Counted from the first letter of the whole stretch, positions 1 to 12,400 are shown. The stretch is DNA of 58,986 nt, filler included, from Sphacelaria rigidula (GCA_964200075.2; 7 parts of 7 records of this genome joined end to end with filler, not necessarily neighbours in it), one strand, 5' to 3'. Made by a program: numbers and translations. Notes: a model not told the origin generated them from the sequence alone.

Positions 1-2330
1 GACGTAAAAGCTCCAAAAAGACATTTTTCTGGATTTTAATTTTTGTCCATTATAGGAAGCGGCCTGAGTGGATTTTATGGGACTTGGTGAGAAATGCGGG
101 CAAATCCGTCCTTTTGTGCATACCAGACCGTCGAATCCACAGCCAGACCTTCAGTACTCGAACGCCCCTCAAAGATGGTGTCTAGCATCAGTGTTGCGCA
201 AAAAGAAAAAAAAAGACAAATGTATGCCGATTTTTCGCGTACAAGAGTCATCGTATAAAATATCAGCGTAGAGAATCCCCAAAGTAGGTATAATCCACAC
301 GAGCCAGGAGCTCCTTAGGAAGGACCTACGGCCCAACACACGTCATATCTTAAAAGCTTTGTTTAAGACTGGATCGTCGGCGCAAGTTGCAGGCTGAAAA
401 CATGATAATCTCCGGCGTTCGGTGGTGTGCATGGTGTTGCTCGGTACGGGTGCCTTGCGGGCCCCATGGTACACCGATGGTTGGCGGCTACGGTTCGCGT
501 TTCCACCCTTCACCGCGCCTAGGGTGTATGTAGTATGTGGACTGTGCAATCCAGCTGAAAAAGAAGAATTTCAATTGCTTTCAGCAAAAATGAGAACGAC
601 ATGATCGTTTGCATGCATGCCTGACGGCGCAGCTGGTGGCTTTGAAATTTGAAAACTCTGTCTCGACCATTATGAAGTGCAGTGTGATTGTTGATGTAAT
701 ATACTGTCTGTACTGTTTGTACTGCATTCGACAGTACCGTAATACTGCGTAACCGCATCTGATATGCGGCGTAACGAGGGCGTAACCGAATCTCGTGTTT
801 ATTTGGATACTTCTCCACGGTAAACTCCCAATTTTCAGAGCAACTTTCGTTGTGGATTCCTCGCCTGCGACTTCGCGTACCCTCATGAAACTTTGCGCAC
901 GAGTCCGACACAACACAGGCAACATATGCGCCAAGCGCCCGCACGATTGGAGCCCGCACAAATTACTAACATGGCCACAAGTAATTTCGGGGAATGCCGT
1001 CAATGCGCCCTCAAAGCGGCTACCCCGCAGTCCAGACTTCGTGCACTACAGATAAATGCATATATGCACGAGCATGTCCACTCACTTCGACGTCTTGAGC
1101 GGCTGGGCGACCGATACTGTCGCAAACTGACACTGGTGATCCTTTCTGGATCATGACCATCGGTATTGTACCGATCGGCATATTGTCTGCAGAGGTGCGC
1201 AGTTCATGACGCACGGCCCTACGCGCGCTGTAGACGCTGAAAGGTGCTGTAACTTGGGTCAAATATTATGAGGACCACAGTCAACAGTTCCACATCACCA
1301 TCTTTGGTGCTGCGCGTTACAGCAGTGCGCACAAGGGGGGAAACGGTCAAATTATGTTCCGAAAGAAATATTGGCTAGTTGGCGTCTGTATTGGATCAAT
1401 ATGGCGGGCAACACTACGACGAACTTCCAGATGCAAGAGGCAGATAGGCGGGGTAAGAGTGCTCGCGAAGACGAAGCCAGTTATCTCATGAATGGAGATG
1501 GGAAATGGCACAAGCACAGCTGTGTATATGGATGAAAATACACCTTACGAGCATTGTCTATCCGGAATTGCCGGGTGTGTACTGTAGCTCACCCTTCATG
1601 TATCGTGGTTGATTTCTTGTATTTTCAAGCTGGCCAGCGCCATCGATGTTGCACCCACGGGGAATGCTGTCGGAGGCTGACTACTGATGGGGGAATGAAA
1701 CAAGCACATAATTACACTTTCACTATGATGCTGCTGTCACGTTGGGACACGTTGGGACGATTATAAACGATGGAAGAAGTGCTTAATTGCCGGTTTTCTC
1801 TCTCTCAGTACGGTATGCATCAACGTTTGCTGTTCTTCTAGGTAGTGATGATGATTTTGGTATCTTACGGTGCTGTTGTTAGACAGCGATATAGGATGTG
1901 AAATACACCGGGGGGACCTAATCCGTGCATCATGAAACTGTTCCATGCAACTTTCGTCTTCCAATTTTCTACTGGCGGAAAAAAGAAAAAACGACGGATT
2001 TCACCCATAAAACCTACACCATATTAAAAAAAACGGACCGTAGTAGCTTTTGATTGGTGTTTAAGAAGATCGGTATCAAGTTGCAAAAATTATCGCATTG
2101 CTAATCGGCGGTTCTGCGAATCGACATCGCCGGCTGAAAAGCTGATATTTGTCGATTCGAATCAACATCGACGACGTATCGAGTTCCGACTCTCGATTAA
2201 TTTCGATAATTGGCCCCATTATCCAAGAACGTGCGCGAGGTGGTCATTTCAGCTACCCCGAGGACCCCTCCGTTCTAAAGTTCGCCCACATCCTCCACAC
2301 CTCTCACAACGCACAACACACAACCCTGGG

Positions 2331-2430
2331 GAGCGTGTTCGCTGCACCGCCGGCAGCTTCGCTCACGAAGAAGCGGAACAAGTTGGGGGCCGAATCGGTC
2401 AAGAACCTCGTGTTCCTCAACGGGGGCCAC
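2331..2430 (+). mobile_element. hAT transposase C-terminal dimerisation-domain remnant
   Basis: Frameshifted ERV..TAG / LTKKRNKLGAESVKNLVFLN matches the hAT dimerisation motif (ERxFSxAGxxxTxxRxxL...LVFL). ATCGA-rich flanks at about 2060-2210 and 2955-3112 look like subterminal repeats. No clear TIR/TSD pair. Confidence 0.65.
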
Positions 2431-3203
2431 AGGGTCGCGCGGAGTATCGGCGACTCTAACCCGAGGTTCCTCAAGAAAGCAAGCGTTGGTCTAAATGGGC
2501 AACTACAGCAGTAGACCCAACTTGCTTCGGTGTGTTTGATGGCTTTTCCGCGGTATTTGCATGCATATTTCAGGTGCAGGAAGGAAGTGTTGCGGTAGAG
2601 CAACCGCATGAAGATTGTGCGGACCGATTTAATGTATAGTTTTTACTGTATGTAGTGACATCGCTTCGGCTGTACTGTAGTGAGAAGTAAGCGCCAGAGT
2701 ACCCAATGCTGCCTTGCGTGTAACAACTACGGACCTCGTCTTGCTCTTATGAAGCTGTTGAACCACGAGAAGTTTTTTAAACAGACGAATAAACTGCTGT
2801 TAATACCCGTTGCTAACGCGTGCTCTTGTGGCGTACGTTCGTTCAATACTTGAACCTGCGCTATTATAGTCTGTCTACTATCTACTCTCTACTGTATCTG
2901 CTGTTGCTTGTGTGTAGAGCTCAACTGCATACCCTGAGCGGTACAGAAGCAGCGGGATATCGAATCGAGATAGAGCATTGTGTACATCGTCCTATTTCTG
3001 GAATATCGGCAAATGGACCGGCATCGCCTTTTTTATGTAAATTAAAATAATATATATCGACCGAACCAAATTCTCGTTTCGACCTTCGACTGCTTTTGAT
3101 AAACAACACGCTGTTTTTTTTTTTCCCTTCCCGGAGAGATCATCATCGCTCCTTGGGGTATTTCCGCGAATAACTCATTCCCCCCCCCCCTTTTCTTCGA
3201 AAG

Positions 3204-3365
3204 GTCAAGGAGGTTGACAGCTCTGTAGAGGAGGAAAATACCGAGGGCATGGCCAAGAGTCCCGCGGGGCTAACGCTGGAGGGCGTCTACAAGAGGCTCA
3301 AGGTGGAGGTGCAGGGCCTGGACGACGGTATCGTTGGTCTCGAGTCACGTGACAAAGATTACGGG
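3204..3365 (+). CDS. Internal exon (phase 0/0, 54 codons) of a protein of uncertain function
   Basis: Poly-C/T tract and AAG acceptor (3202-3203), open frame VKEVDSSVEEENTEGMAKSPAGLTLEGVYKRLKVEVQGLDDGIVGLESRDKDYG with GC3-rich codons, GTAAG donor at 3366. No neighbouring exons recognised. Confidence 0.75.
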
Positions 3366-5639
3366 GTAAGCCCAGCTTAGCTATTCTCTACAAATGCCAC
3401 CCGTTCGAAAGGATTCGGCTCGGATTATTTCCTGACAAGTTGAATCAACCATGGGATACGTGTTCACTTTATAGATGAGCGGCTTGTTTTTCTGGCTCGA
3501 TTGGATCACGATTTTTCAATCAAACAACCCGCGGAAACGTTCGAGCTTTGGGCCCCGCACTGGTAAATCAGTGGCAACATAAGTGCCAAAGCTGGCACAG
3601 CTTAAGCAGCGAGTCACTCGGTCTCTGTGCGGAGCATCCAGTCCGCGGGTTGTCCAGAGGAAGCTGCTGTGAAGCTGTCTTGACGCCCGGTGTTTTAGTA
3701 AACAGAAACCTACTCGAGCGTGACTCGTACGGCGTTGAAACTTTGTCGACACTTTCGAGGCCAATTGCTGTACTTCCACAACCCGGAGCGCGTCCGGCAC
3801 AGCAGTGATTTAACTTTCGTTGCCAGGTTTATGGGGGTGTGTGAAGATACTTATGGTGGGGTTTGGTAGCTCTCCGGATGTACCGCTTACGGGTAGACCA
3901 TCCTGGACGGTGCCTCATTTGTCAGGGTCACCATGAAGCGGAAATACTGTATATTATCGTCGGAAAATAGAAAGCGTGGTATTGGAGAATGTGAAGTTGC
4001 AGCAGTGCGTAACGGACACCGTCATTTCCATAGATGACTGTATGAACACTGTGTAGTCAACGTTCTGGTAGAATTACAATAGCCAAATCTTGAATACGTC
4101 ACCCGCAAAACTGTCGGCTCTCTAGTATCACAGAGTGTAAGGCTCCCTTCTGCTACGATGGATTACGTAGTATCGCGACGAGTGCAGTAGGTGGCTCTAT
4201 AGGAGGTGCAATCATCGTGGAAACCTTCTGAAAAAGCAAGATCACAGCCTTACCTTATGGAAGAACGCTTGTCCCACGTACGAAGAATATAACCTGGACT
4301 TCACGTCCTCACCTTGTGAAAAAAGAACGCCCTTCCCCTACACTGATATAATACCGTGGACTATATAGAACTAAACAAGGAACCCGAAAATATGATCGAC
4401 TGCTATGTTTGACAGGGTCCTCCTAAGGTGGAATCACCTTTCATCTCCGAACAGAGGGTCTAGGATTCGTTCTTCTACACCTGGAGGCCCCCAAATCTGG
4501 CATGGTGGGCTTGCTCAAAAGTTCTCGCTTTAAACTTTCCGAAAATGTGAGGGGAAAATCTGAGTGGGCTGAGGGAAGTCCCGAAATCTCGTAAGATGAA
4601 AAAAAGGCCAAGTTGTTCTGAAATATGAAAAGACGCTCGTTTCACAGCGTCGCGGTTGGCACTCAGGTATTTTAGCTACCTTTGTGGGAAGCCTCTGACC
4701 ACAGCCTTTGAACGAGCCCACTCACGAAGTTTGGAGTCTTCGAGCGTAAGGGGGCAAATCCAAGTTTCCCGCCCCACCCTGGAAGCGAGATTTTCTTACG
4801 AAGACCAAGACAAGCAAGAAAAGTACAGCTTTCTGTGTAGTAACCGCGAACCATGACTTTACACTTCTCATACAGGTGTGCAGTGACTATACTGTATACA
4901 CGACTTCCATCCGTCACACTTCGGTTTGAAGTTACTGGGTTGGGCGTTGTCGGGCATTTTCAGTTTCGGTACACTGTACTATTCGTCGTTGTTCATCAAA
5001 ATCGGGTAACATGGGTCATTGTTCTCCATTGCTCCGCGTGCACTGCAGTATTGTACCCCATGTCATACAGTGAGTTGTGGTGTGTGTCTTTAGCATCCAT
5101 TGTTTGTGTGCATGTTGTGCAAACCACGCGGTACTGCACACTTGTCATACACGTGTTGAAGCAGGACACTCACTACGCAGTCAAGCAGCCGTGACTTGCG
5201 TGCACCGTCATCATGAGAGAGGAACTGCAGCACTACAATACGTGCTGTACTGCACTATACTCTGCGTGGAAGACACGTGGTGCAGCAGACCTAACACAAG
5301 CAGATCATCTGTCCACAAATATCTGACTTTGCCAAACCACGAAGCAGCAAGCCACGACGTCACACATGTCCCTCAAACCGTCAACGTATTGGCATCCGTT
5401 CTCTAGGTACAACTGCAGTACATACGTTGGTAATATGACAGTCCTTGATGCTGGGATTTCAGTGAAATTAATGATGAAGATTGTAGCCCAGAAACGATGC
5501 GAGGATGGCGTGTTCACCACACCCGTACCGGGATTGTGGCAGAATTAATTAATTTCCGCTGCTGACGGGTTGCTTTGTTCGTTGGTGTTTTGACCCGACA
5601 CGTTTTTTTTAGGAGAGCCGACGAGCGGCACGGGTGTTC

Positions 5640-6400
5640 TGCATCGATTTGGGGTACTGCCTTACAGAATGGGGGGGGGTACAACGAGACGTGCTGACTG
5701 TTGGTTTGGATGCGGCACTACTCGTACTTGCCATTTATTTATCAAATATCAATTTGTCTATTTTTACCCCCAACCCCCCCGAGAATCTGGGAGTGTCCAC
5801 AGAACAGTGTTGTTTCTTTTCGATAATATGGAGGCGGTGTTTTGGCAGCTTAGGCGTGAAGAGCATCCGCACCTCGCGTCAGATGACGCCGAATCCTCGA
5901 GAATGTGTAGATTGGTATTAGAGGAAGGTGTCACTGTCATAGCTGCAGCAGGGGAAGTCGCTGATGGCCCGGTCTGCATTTATACGGTGGATAATCACAG
6001 TGTGTGGAACCACGTTTTTTAACGCCCTGCTGTCTGATGACGATTATAGTGGATAGAGTGACAGTTGAGCACGCTGACTGTGCAATGGATCCTGCCCGCC
6101 TCGCATAAATCCTTGCCCAGTTGGGGATGAACGCTCGAAGAAACCCAGCAAACAAGCATCGTTTATGGTCCGCTATATATATGAGGGTTGGGAGGTGAAC
6201 GTTTCCGCTCCAAAACGGTCGACAGTCGAAGGTTAAGCTCCTGTCGCGCGACCAGTGGGTAGTGCGACGGGCCCTTGCCGGCGTACCTGGTACTGGACGC
6301 GACATCCCAGTACAGACAGTCCCACCACTACCGGGACGGCCGTGCAAACAGACTGGCAGCCGGAGTGGGCGTTGCGCTGGTATTCTTCTAGCCTTATCAA
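5640..6400 (+). pseudogene. Decayed subtilisin-like (S8) serine protease remnant
   Basis: Collinear degenerate motifs across frames: DVLTVGLD, SLG..DDA, RLVLEEGVTVIAAAG, ADCAMDPARL, HRLWS, VNVSAP, TGTAV..AAGV..AL. These follow the S8 order SLG/AAGN/SPA/VDxxAPG/SGTSMA/AGxAAL. Stops and frameshifts are present. Confidence 0.4.
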
Positions 6401-7774
6401 CTTGGATTATCTCCGCATCGGCTTTGCACGTGAATATTTCGGTGATTCCCTCACTTCCACTTCGGCCATATTTTGACGACAACGCCACGGTCTCACTACC
6501 CAACTTTATATGTGAAAATGTACCAAGATGGACAAGGTATTTCTGTTCAGCTCAAAAAAAAGTGTACTGCGCACAGTACTGAAATCTGCTGTCGACTACC
6601 GAAGGCAGCACGGCCTGGAATGCGCGTCCTATACTGTGAGACAGAGTCAAGAAGTCCCCACGCCGCGAAAGGTAACAGCAAGCTTTCGCGCCATAGCGCC
6701 TGTGTCTACAACAGCCTTCGCCCAACATACGGGCATTAATTATAGGAGCGGATAGCACCGGAGGCGGATTTCACTCCCGCTTTCGCCACGTACGGTTTGT
6801 TGCCGATGGCAAACGCGTGGTTGACGCATGTATTATGCGCTCATCTGCGTGCACATCGGTTGGCACACGTTACGCGCGGGAGAGTTGCCAGTTACCGCCA
6901 ACACCCTCGACGCTTCCCACGTGGGCAGCCGGCCGCTTTACATCCCTGCAGTACCAACCCCCGGACAGTTCGAAGTTGGAACTTTATACTCTTGTATGTA
7001 TCCGCAGCCTGCAGCGCTCGTGCCGACGTCATGAAACACAGTTTGCGGCTGTGTGCGGTAAAAACATGATATTTTTATGGAGCTATTGGAGTCGTGATGA
7101 CATGGGATTCAAGAGCTGGCGACACTCGCTTCACGACTTCACATACCGCGGTTCCATAACCCACTGAAAAATCACGATTACATCGGAGTCGATGGGCATG
7201 CCGACTACCATGCTTTTGGGGGAGAAGAAAAAAAAATGTGACGATGCGCCGTAGAAGGGGCTCGCCAGCACGCGGTGACGCCGATGTGGTGGCGGCGGGG
7301 GTAATTCGTAGGCCACAGGGTAGTCGCCGAGGTGAATCCGTAGAGCCTCACATCGATCGCAGTGCATATACAGAAAAAAAACCGAATGGGTTTTGCGGCT
7401 GTTTCAGTGGAGAGAGGTTTCGGAGAGCAAATGTCGCATTTTGTTTTCGGCGAAAGACACGTCCTCCGGCGGACAATTACAGCTGAGATCCTGATTGCTT
7501 GCGAGAACGGGACTTGAAGTTGAATAAATTATTCCCCGAATGCGTAGACGCAGATTTTGGTTTCCAGCATATATTGTATCGAATAATGTCACGCAAAACG
7601 CCAATTTGGGTTCAAGCGTAAGGATTCTCATCTATGGCATCATGTTGCTGAGATCTCCCACAGGTTAGGACGCTCCAAGTTACCGTCACCCTGTATTTGC
7701 AAAAAAACTTGTGCTCCGTGTGCCTTCGACCTTATGGTCGCCGCCCTGTATGACTCTGCTTTCATATACTTGTA

Positions 7775-8065
7775 CCAAGGATAATTAAGGCAATGCCCTC
7801 TTCTTCGCCTGCACTATGGCATACCATGACGCCGCGTTTTATCCCACCAAACACCAGTGGCGGGACAGAGTGAGTAAACCTCCGCCGCCGACACAGTATG
7901 ATGCGGACGCAACCTTTCCACTGGACGGACGAACACAATCGGGCTATCAACTCTCAACCGCTTGCGGGACGACAACTGTGTCATACTCAGGGTGTGGAGT
8001 AGGGTTCCTCAGGCGTTTTCCTCATTTCACCCTTTCCCATCACCGACTAGTCTACCCCGACAACG
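7775..8065 (+). mobile_element. Ty3/gypsy RT-thumb/RNase H junction remnant
   Basis: PRIIKAM..RFIP, MRTQPFHWTDEHNRAI and LVYPD occur in the order expected for PxxxKxLRSFLG..RRFIP / FxWTxExxxAF / PVLxxPD. Heavily frameshifted. Confidence 0.35.
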
Positions 8066-8341
8066 TCCGTACCAAGGACGGCGATACAAACTGCCACCAT
8101 GTATATTTTTTCCATGTTCTCGCCATGTGTGCTGCTACTGTGCCTTCTCTCCTGCTTCCTTGTGTTCCTGGTCTCGTACCGAGGAGGCCATTCAGCGCTG
8201 GGCACCCAACCGTGCACCACCGCACTGTCTGCCGCTTCTCCGGAGTTTTTGATCCGATCCCACAATGCCGCCGCTTCCGCCACGGCGGCGTTATCGCCCA
8301 GGTGCCGAAATGCCCTTTCCGTGGCGAAAGTGAACCGGGGT

Positions 8342-8441
8342 NNNNNNNNNNNNNNNNNNNNNNNNNNNNNNNNNNNNNNNNNNNNTTAATTAATTAANNN
8401 NNNNNNNNNNNNNNNNNNNNNNNNNNNNNNNNNNNNNNNNN
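8342..8441. other. Artificial contig linker (44 N + TTAATTAATTAA + 44 N)
   Basis: Same 100-nt all-frame-stop linker at 8342, 16783, 25224, 33665, 42106 and 50547, an exact 8441-nt period. Confidence 0.98.
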
Positions 8442-8608
8442 AACACAGGTTGCGCCCCCCCCCCCCCCCCCCCGCTGTCTCGGTCTCTGATCTCTCTCCG
8501 TCTTTCTTGATCTGTTTGCATGCCCATCCTCCCGCTTAATTCTTCTGTTTGTTGCTCGCTCTTCTCGTTCGTGTGTGTGTGTGTGTGTGTTTGGGCGGGG
8601 GGGTGCAG

Positions 8609-8725
8609 TCAATGTCTCGGAGCAGCAAGATGCTGCAGTACGTGAACTACCGCATGCGGATCACTATTCTAGACGGTCGGACGCTTGTGGGTACGCTGAT
8701 GGCATTCGACCGACACCTGAATCTG
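8609..8725 (+). CDS. SNRPB: Small nuclear ribonucleoprotein SmB/B', first visible coding exon (Sm1 motif)
   Basis: CAG acceptor at 8606-8608, then SMSRSSKMLQYVNYRMRITILDGRTLVGTLMAFDRHLNL, a typical SmB N-terminus. In-frame ATG at 8612; GTGAGT donor at 8726 (phase 0). Confidence 0.95.
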
Positions 8726-9328
8726 GTGAGTGCATCTGCTCTTGGCCCCTCTTCTTTGTCTTTTCAATGTGTTGAGTGAGAACGTTGGGCTCTGCCTCCC
8801 GTAGTCCAAATTGGTCCTTTTACGGCCCCGGAACTCATGAGGTAAGCGGTATTTCCTTTTATTTTGTATCGCGTTGGTGTGATTAGTTCTGGGCCCCACT
8901 TTATTTGATTCTGATTATCATATACCCTATTTCGGGTAGTTGAGCCTGTCACAACCGAAGGTGTCCGCACACCACAACAACAACAAGTACCGGTAAAAGG
9001 TGGCCTCATTTCTTACCTCGATTCTTTTTATCACTTGTCAGGGGAGAGACCCGTCGGTCGAAAGTTGGAAATGTTGCACCTCCATATTTTCACTTTTCAA
9101 AATTATCACGCACATGGCACTCCGCTCAGTATACGCAGTATCAAGTTGGGGTTCTCTTTTTCTTCACATCGTCGCATCGAGCTTGCGCTTGGGTCCGATG
9201 TGGGCAGGGTGCATGGCTGCACCTGCGTTACTCGTGTAGTCTTGAGGTGTGTATTTTTGCGCGTGCTTTCCCGCCTCAGCGCTCTGTTTCGACCACACCC
9301 TGGTGGATGATGACAATATATCATATCA

Positions 9329-9414
9329 TCAAAAAGTGTACTGCGTACGGTATCGACTATTGCGTCTGTTCCGATAGATGAAAGATTCCATACCGCACGC
9401 AGTACACTTTTTGA
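9329..9414. repeat. Small (about 86 nt) hairpin/MITE-like element in SmB intron
   Basis: TCAAAAAGTGTACTGCGTACGGTAT ... ATACCGCACGCAGTACACTTTTTGA inverted ends. Second copy at about 11665-11752; one end at about 6553-6580. Confidence 0.75.
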
Positions 9415-9945
9415 CAATGTAGAAGTCTTTCGCCATTTCGAGTCATGGCGCCCACCCGCTTTTCTAGTTCAAGACGAGTTACAACAGTACAGCAGCTGCA
9501 TGCGTGTCTCCTGTCTCTCTCTGAGAACATCTGCCGAATTCCCGCATTGTTCTCGTCCAGCATTTGCCTCGAAAGGCGTTACCTTGTTCAATCGAGTGCT
9601 GTGATCCGACTCGTGCCGTCGACATGCTTGTTTTTCCAGGCACCTCACAACAACAGTAGCTGGCTGCACCCAGTCTACCTCAGAACATTTGCTCCACGCG
9701 CTCTGCCTTCGTCTAGCGCCCATATAAAACGTTCACCCTTGACCCACTGCATTTTTTCGGCCGACCCCCCCCCCCTCCCCTCCCTCCTCCTCCCCCTTCC
9801 TCCCCCGGAACAACGTATGACTGACGACAACAACAATGGATGGTGACATTAAATGGATGGTGGTGGCGGCAACAAAATTGAATGCCGACGACGACGACGA
9901 CGACATTAACAAATGGACTATGACCAAAACAATCAAACAACCAAG

Positions 9946-10264
9946 GTACTCGGCGATTGCGAAGAGTACCGCAGGTTCAAGCCGAAAAAGGGCTCGCAGG
10001 CGGCGGCGGGGGTACACGAGGAGCGCGAGGAGAAGCGGGTGCTCGGGCTAGTCCTCCTGAGAGGCGAAAACGTGCAGTCACTTACTGTCGAAGGTCCACC
10101 TCCAGCCGAGGATACAGGCAAGGCGACGCCCGGGGGCCCCGGTGTGGGTCGTGCGGCTGGCAGGGGTGTGCCGACGATGCCGGTTACGGGAGCACCAATT
10201 GGGCTTTCGGGTCCCGTGCGAGGCATTGGTGGCCCGGCCACGTCTATGATGCAGCCACAGGCAG
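9946..10264 (+). CDS. SNRPB: SmB/B' middle exon (Sm2 motif and RG tail)
   Basis: AAG acceptor ending 9945. [15 protein letters not shown]...[28 protein letters not shown]...[13 protein letters not shown]...[17 protein letters not shown] continues directly from DRHLNL. The 3' end is inferred at CAG/GCGAGT (GC donor). Confidence 0.93.
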
Positions 10265-12400
10265 GCGAGTGTCCGCGTGCGTGTGTCCTGTCGTCCGAGG
10301 AAAAGGGGAATGTCATGTTCCATCATGATGCTTTTTTATTGCTGTATTTTTCCCCTGATATCGTAACTTTGAAAACAGACACACCCTTCGTACGTAAGGA
10401 AGCTCACATTTTTTCCCCTCTCTTTCATGGGCACTTTGAATAACACCCCCACCCCGTGCTCGGAACGTTATTTTTTTCATTTTATTTTTACCGTTACTTT
10501 GAAATGTACACACTCCCCCAGCCTGGGAATGAGTCTGTAGTCTGTACATGGGGTTTGACTCATCTCTCTCCCGTCAACTGTCATGATTGAACTTTAGTTT
10601 TTTGGGCCTTTGGATCAGCACTACTGCAGCCTGTCCTCGTTCGATCGAGGAACTTCCTGTCAAGTTTCGTTGTCACGTTTTCGGGCGACGGAATACAGAA
10701 ACTGGCTCTTTACTACTGCTGGGATTCGACCGCACAAGATGCGATCCGTCGACAAGATCCGTCCCAACAAGTCTTGGTGTTGTACACTTCGGCCTTCGGG
10801 GGCGCGGCCACTCTTTGCAGACCACGAACTGAGCTATACATTCATACCCCAACGAGGGTCACGAAACATGACCACAGAGTACAAGCACTACTATAGTATA
10901 TTTTTGGCGTGCTCCGTAGTAAGGGATGACTATAATACCCAAAGACGTTGCCACATACTGTTTGTTGTACACCGTTGCGTAAGGGGTCATGAGGAGTCCA
11001 CAGTTTCAGGTCTCTGGATAATGACTGATGAGGTAGACAGCAAGCTTAGAGCGTCATCATGGCTGTTGAAACACGAGTCCCGGGAAAATTGACATGGCTG
11101 CTGTTGTACCTACGGAGGGATGTGAACCGGGGTATGCCCCGGGCGATCACGCCACTTATTATACCGCCCGTCTTGTGGTAACTGTGAAAAAAAACAACGA
11201 CTGTCTGACTCGCTATGGTGAAATTATATATGTTTATACATATACGTATATCCCCAGCGTACCATTGATCGGTGGGTGGGCTCAGTTTGTTCCTGTCTTG
11301 GGTCTTGGGTCATTTTTTGGCGATCGTTTTTCGGCGAAGACCCTTCGGAGAGGCCTTGTCGAAATCAGTGGGAGAACCGGCAGGTAAACGGGGAAGATGC
11401 GGGGTGACTATACAGGAGTTCTGTCGCAGTCAATGGGTGCGGCGAGAAACAAGTTGGGATATACACAGACAGCACTGCTGCCTCTACGCCGTGCGAGGTG
11501 TGCTGCCCGCGGTGCACCCCAAAATGCGCGCCGATCCCGAGCTCATGTTCAGGCACTGATTACGGTGTTCTTCCCCTAGATTGGATGATCAAGCTATAAT
11601 AGAACTGAATAAGAACCGATGTATTTTTGCACACTCTGGACAACGACAGTAGGTGGCACTGTTTAGAAGTGTACTGGCGTACAATCTCGACTGTTACGTC
11701 TATTGCAATAGTAGGCAATAGATTCCATACTGTACGCAGTACACTTTTTTCGACAAAGTAGTATTTTGTCCAGCCAGGGTATGTTTTTATTGCAGGAGCC
11801 ATGACGCATTCAAATCGAAGCATATGCTGCGCGAAAATTTACCCTCATTTTCCTCTTGAAATTGTCGCGCGTAGTGGTATTCATCGTCCAATGCCAACTT
11901 GATTTCCGTACACTTGAGCTCCTCCTGTGCAACCAAGAAATGGCCATGGTTGGATATTGTATGGGCGCTTGTCTGGGTTCGGGCGCCCTGCGGGATGCTG
12001 CCGAGTGTACAGTGATTGAACCCTTTACGCTTGAAACTTGACGAGAATCTGTGAAATTGGGCGAGAGTGCATGATACATCATGATGAATTTTCGTGTGCA
12101 CTGTACGTAACACATCTTGCTCGGTTCAACTCACGTGCCATCCGTTTTATTTGTTATAGTCATATCCCTTGTGTAGACTCAGGATATGATATACATGTAC
12201 GCAAACCACCAAATAAAAATGATCCGGATGTCATCGGCACTCGTTTGTTTGTTTTTTTCCCTCCCGAAACTTGAGTTCAGATACGACCTTACCCGGAAAT
12301 CATACATTGTTCGACGAAACTAACCCCTCCCCCCCCCCCACTTCCCCCCCCTCCCCTGCGCTTCCTTGCCCCCCAAATCCGACTCCGTTCGCAACAACAG

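Noticed and set aside
8180..8341. Minus-strand exon (RAFRHLGDNAAVAEAAALWDRIK...) with a GTAC donor
   Set aside because: Cut by the contig end, no recognisable family and no partner exon; cannot be distinguished from TE sequence.
9307..9420. Intronic C/D snoRNA (ATGATGA box C)
   Set aside because: No CTGA D box at a suitable distance; the downstream sequence is the small hairpin repeat.
10265..10443. SmB ending in the ORF-track extension [10 protein letters not shown]...
   Set aside because: Not SmB-like and AT-rich; the genuine Pro/Gly-rich tail is at 12401-12675.
11025..11085. Hammerhead ribozyme (CTGATGA...GAAAC) in SmB intron
   Set aside because: Stem II is mostly G-U pairs and stem I cannot form.
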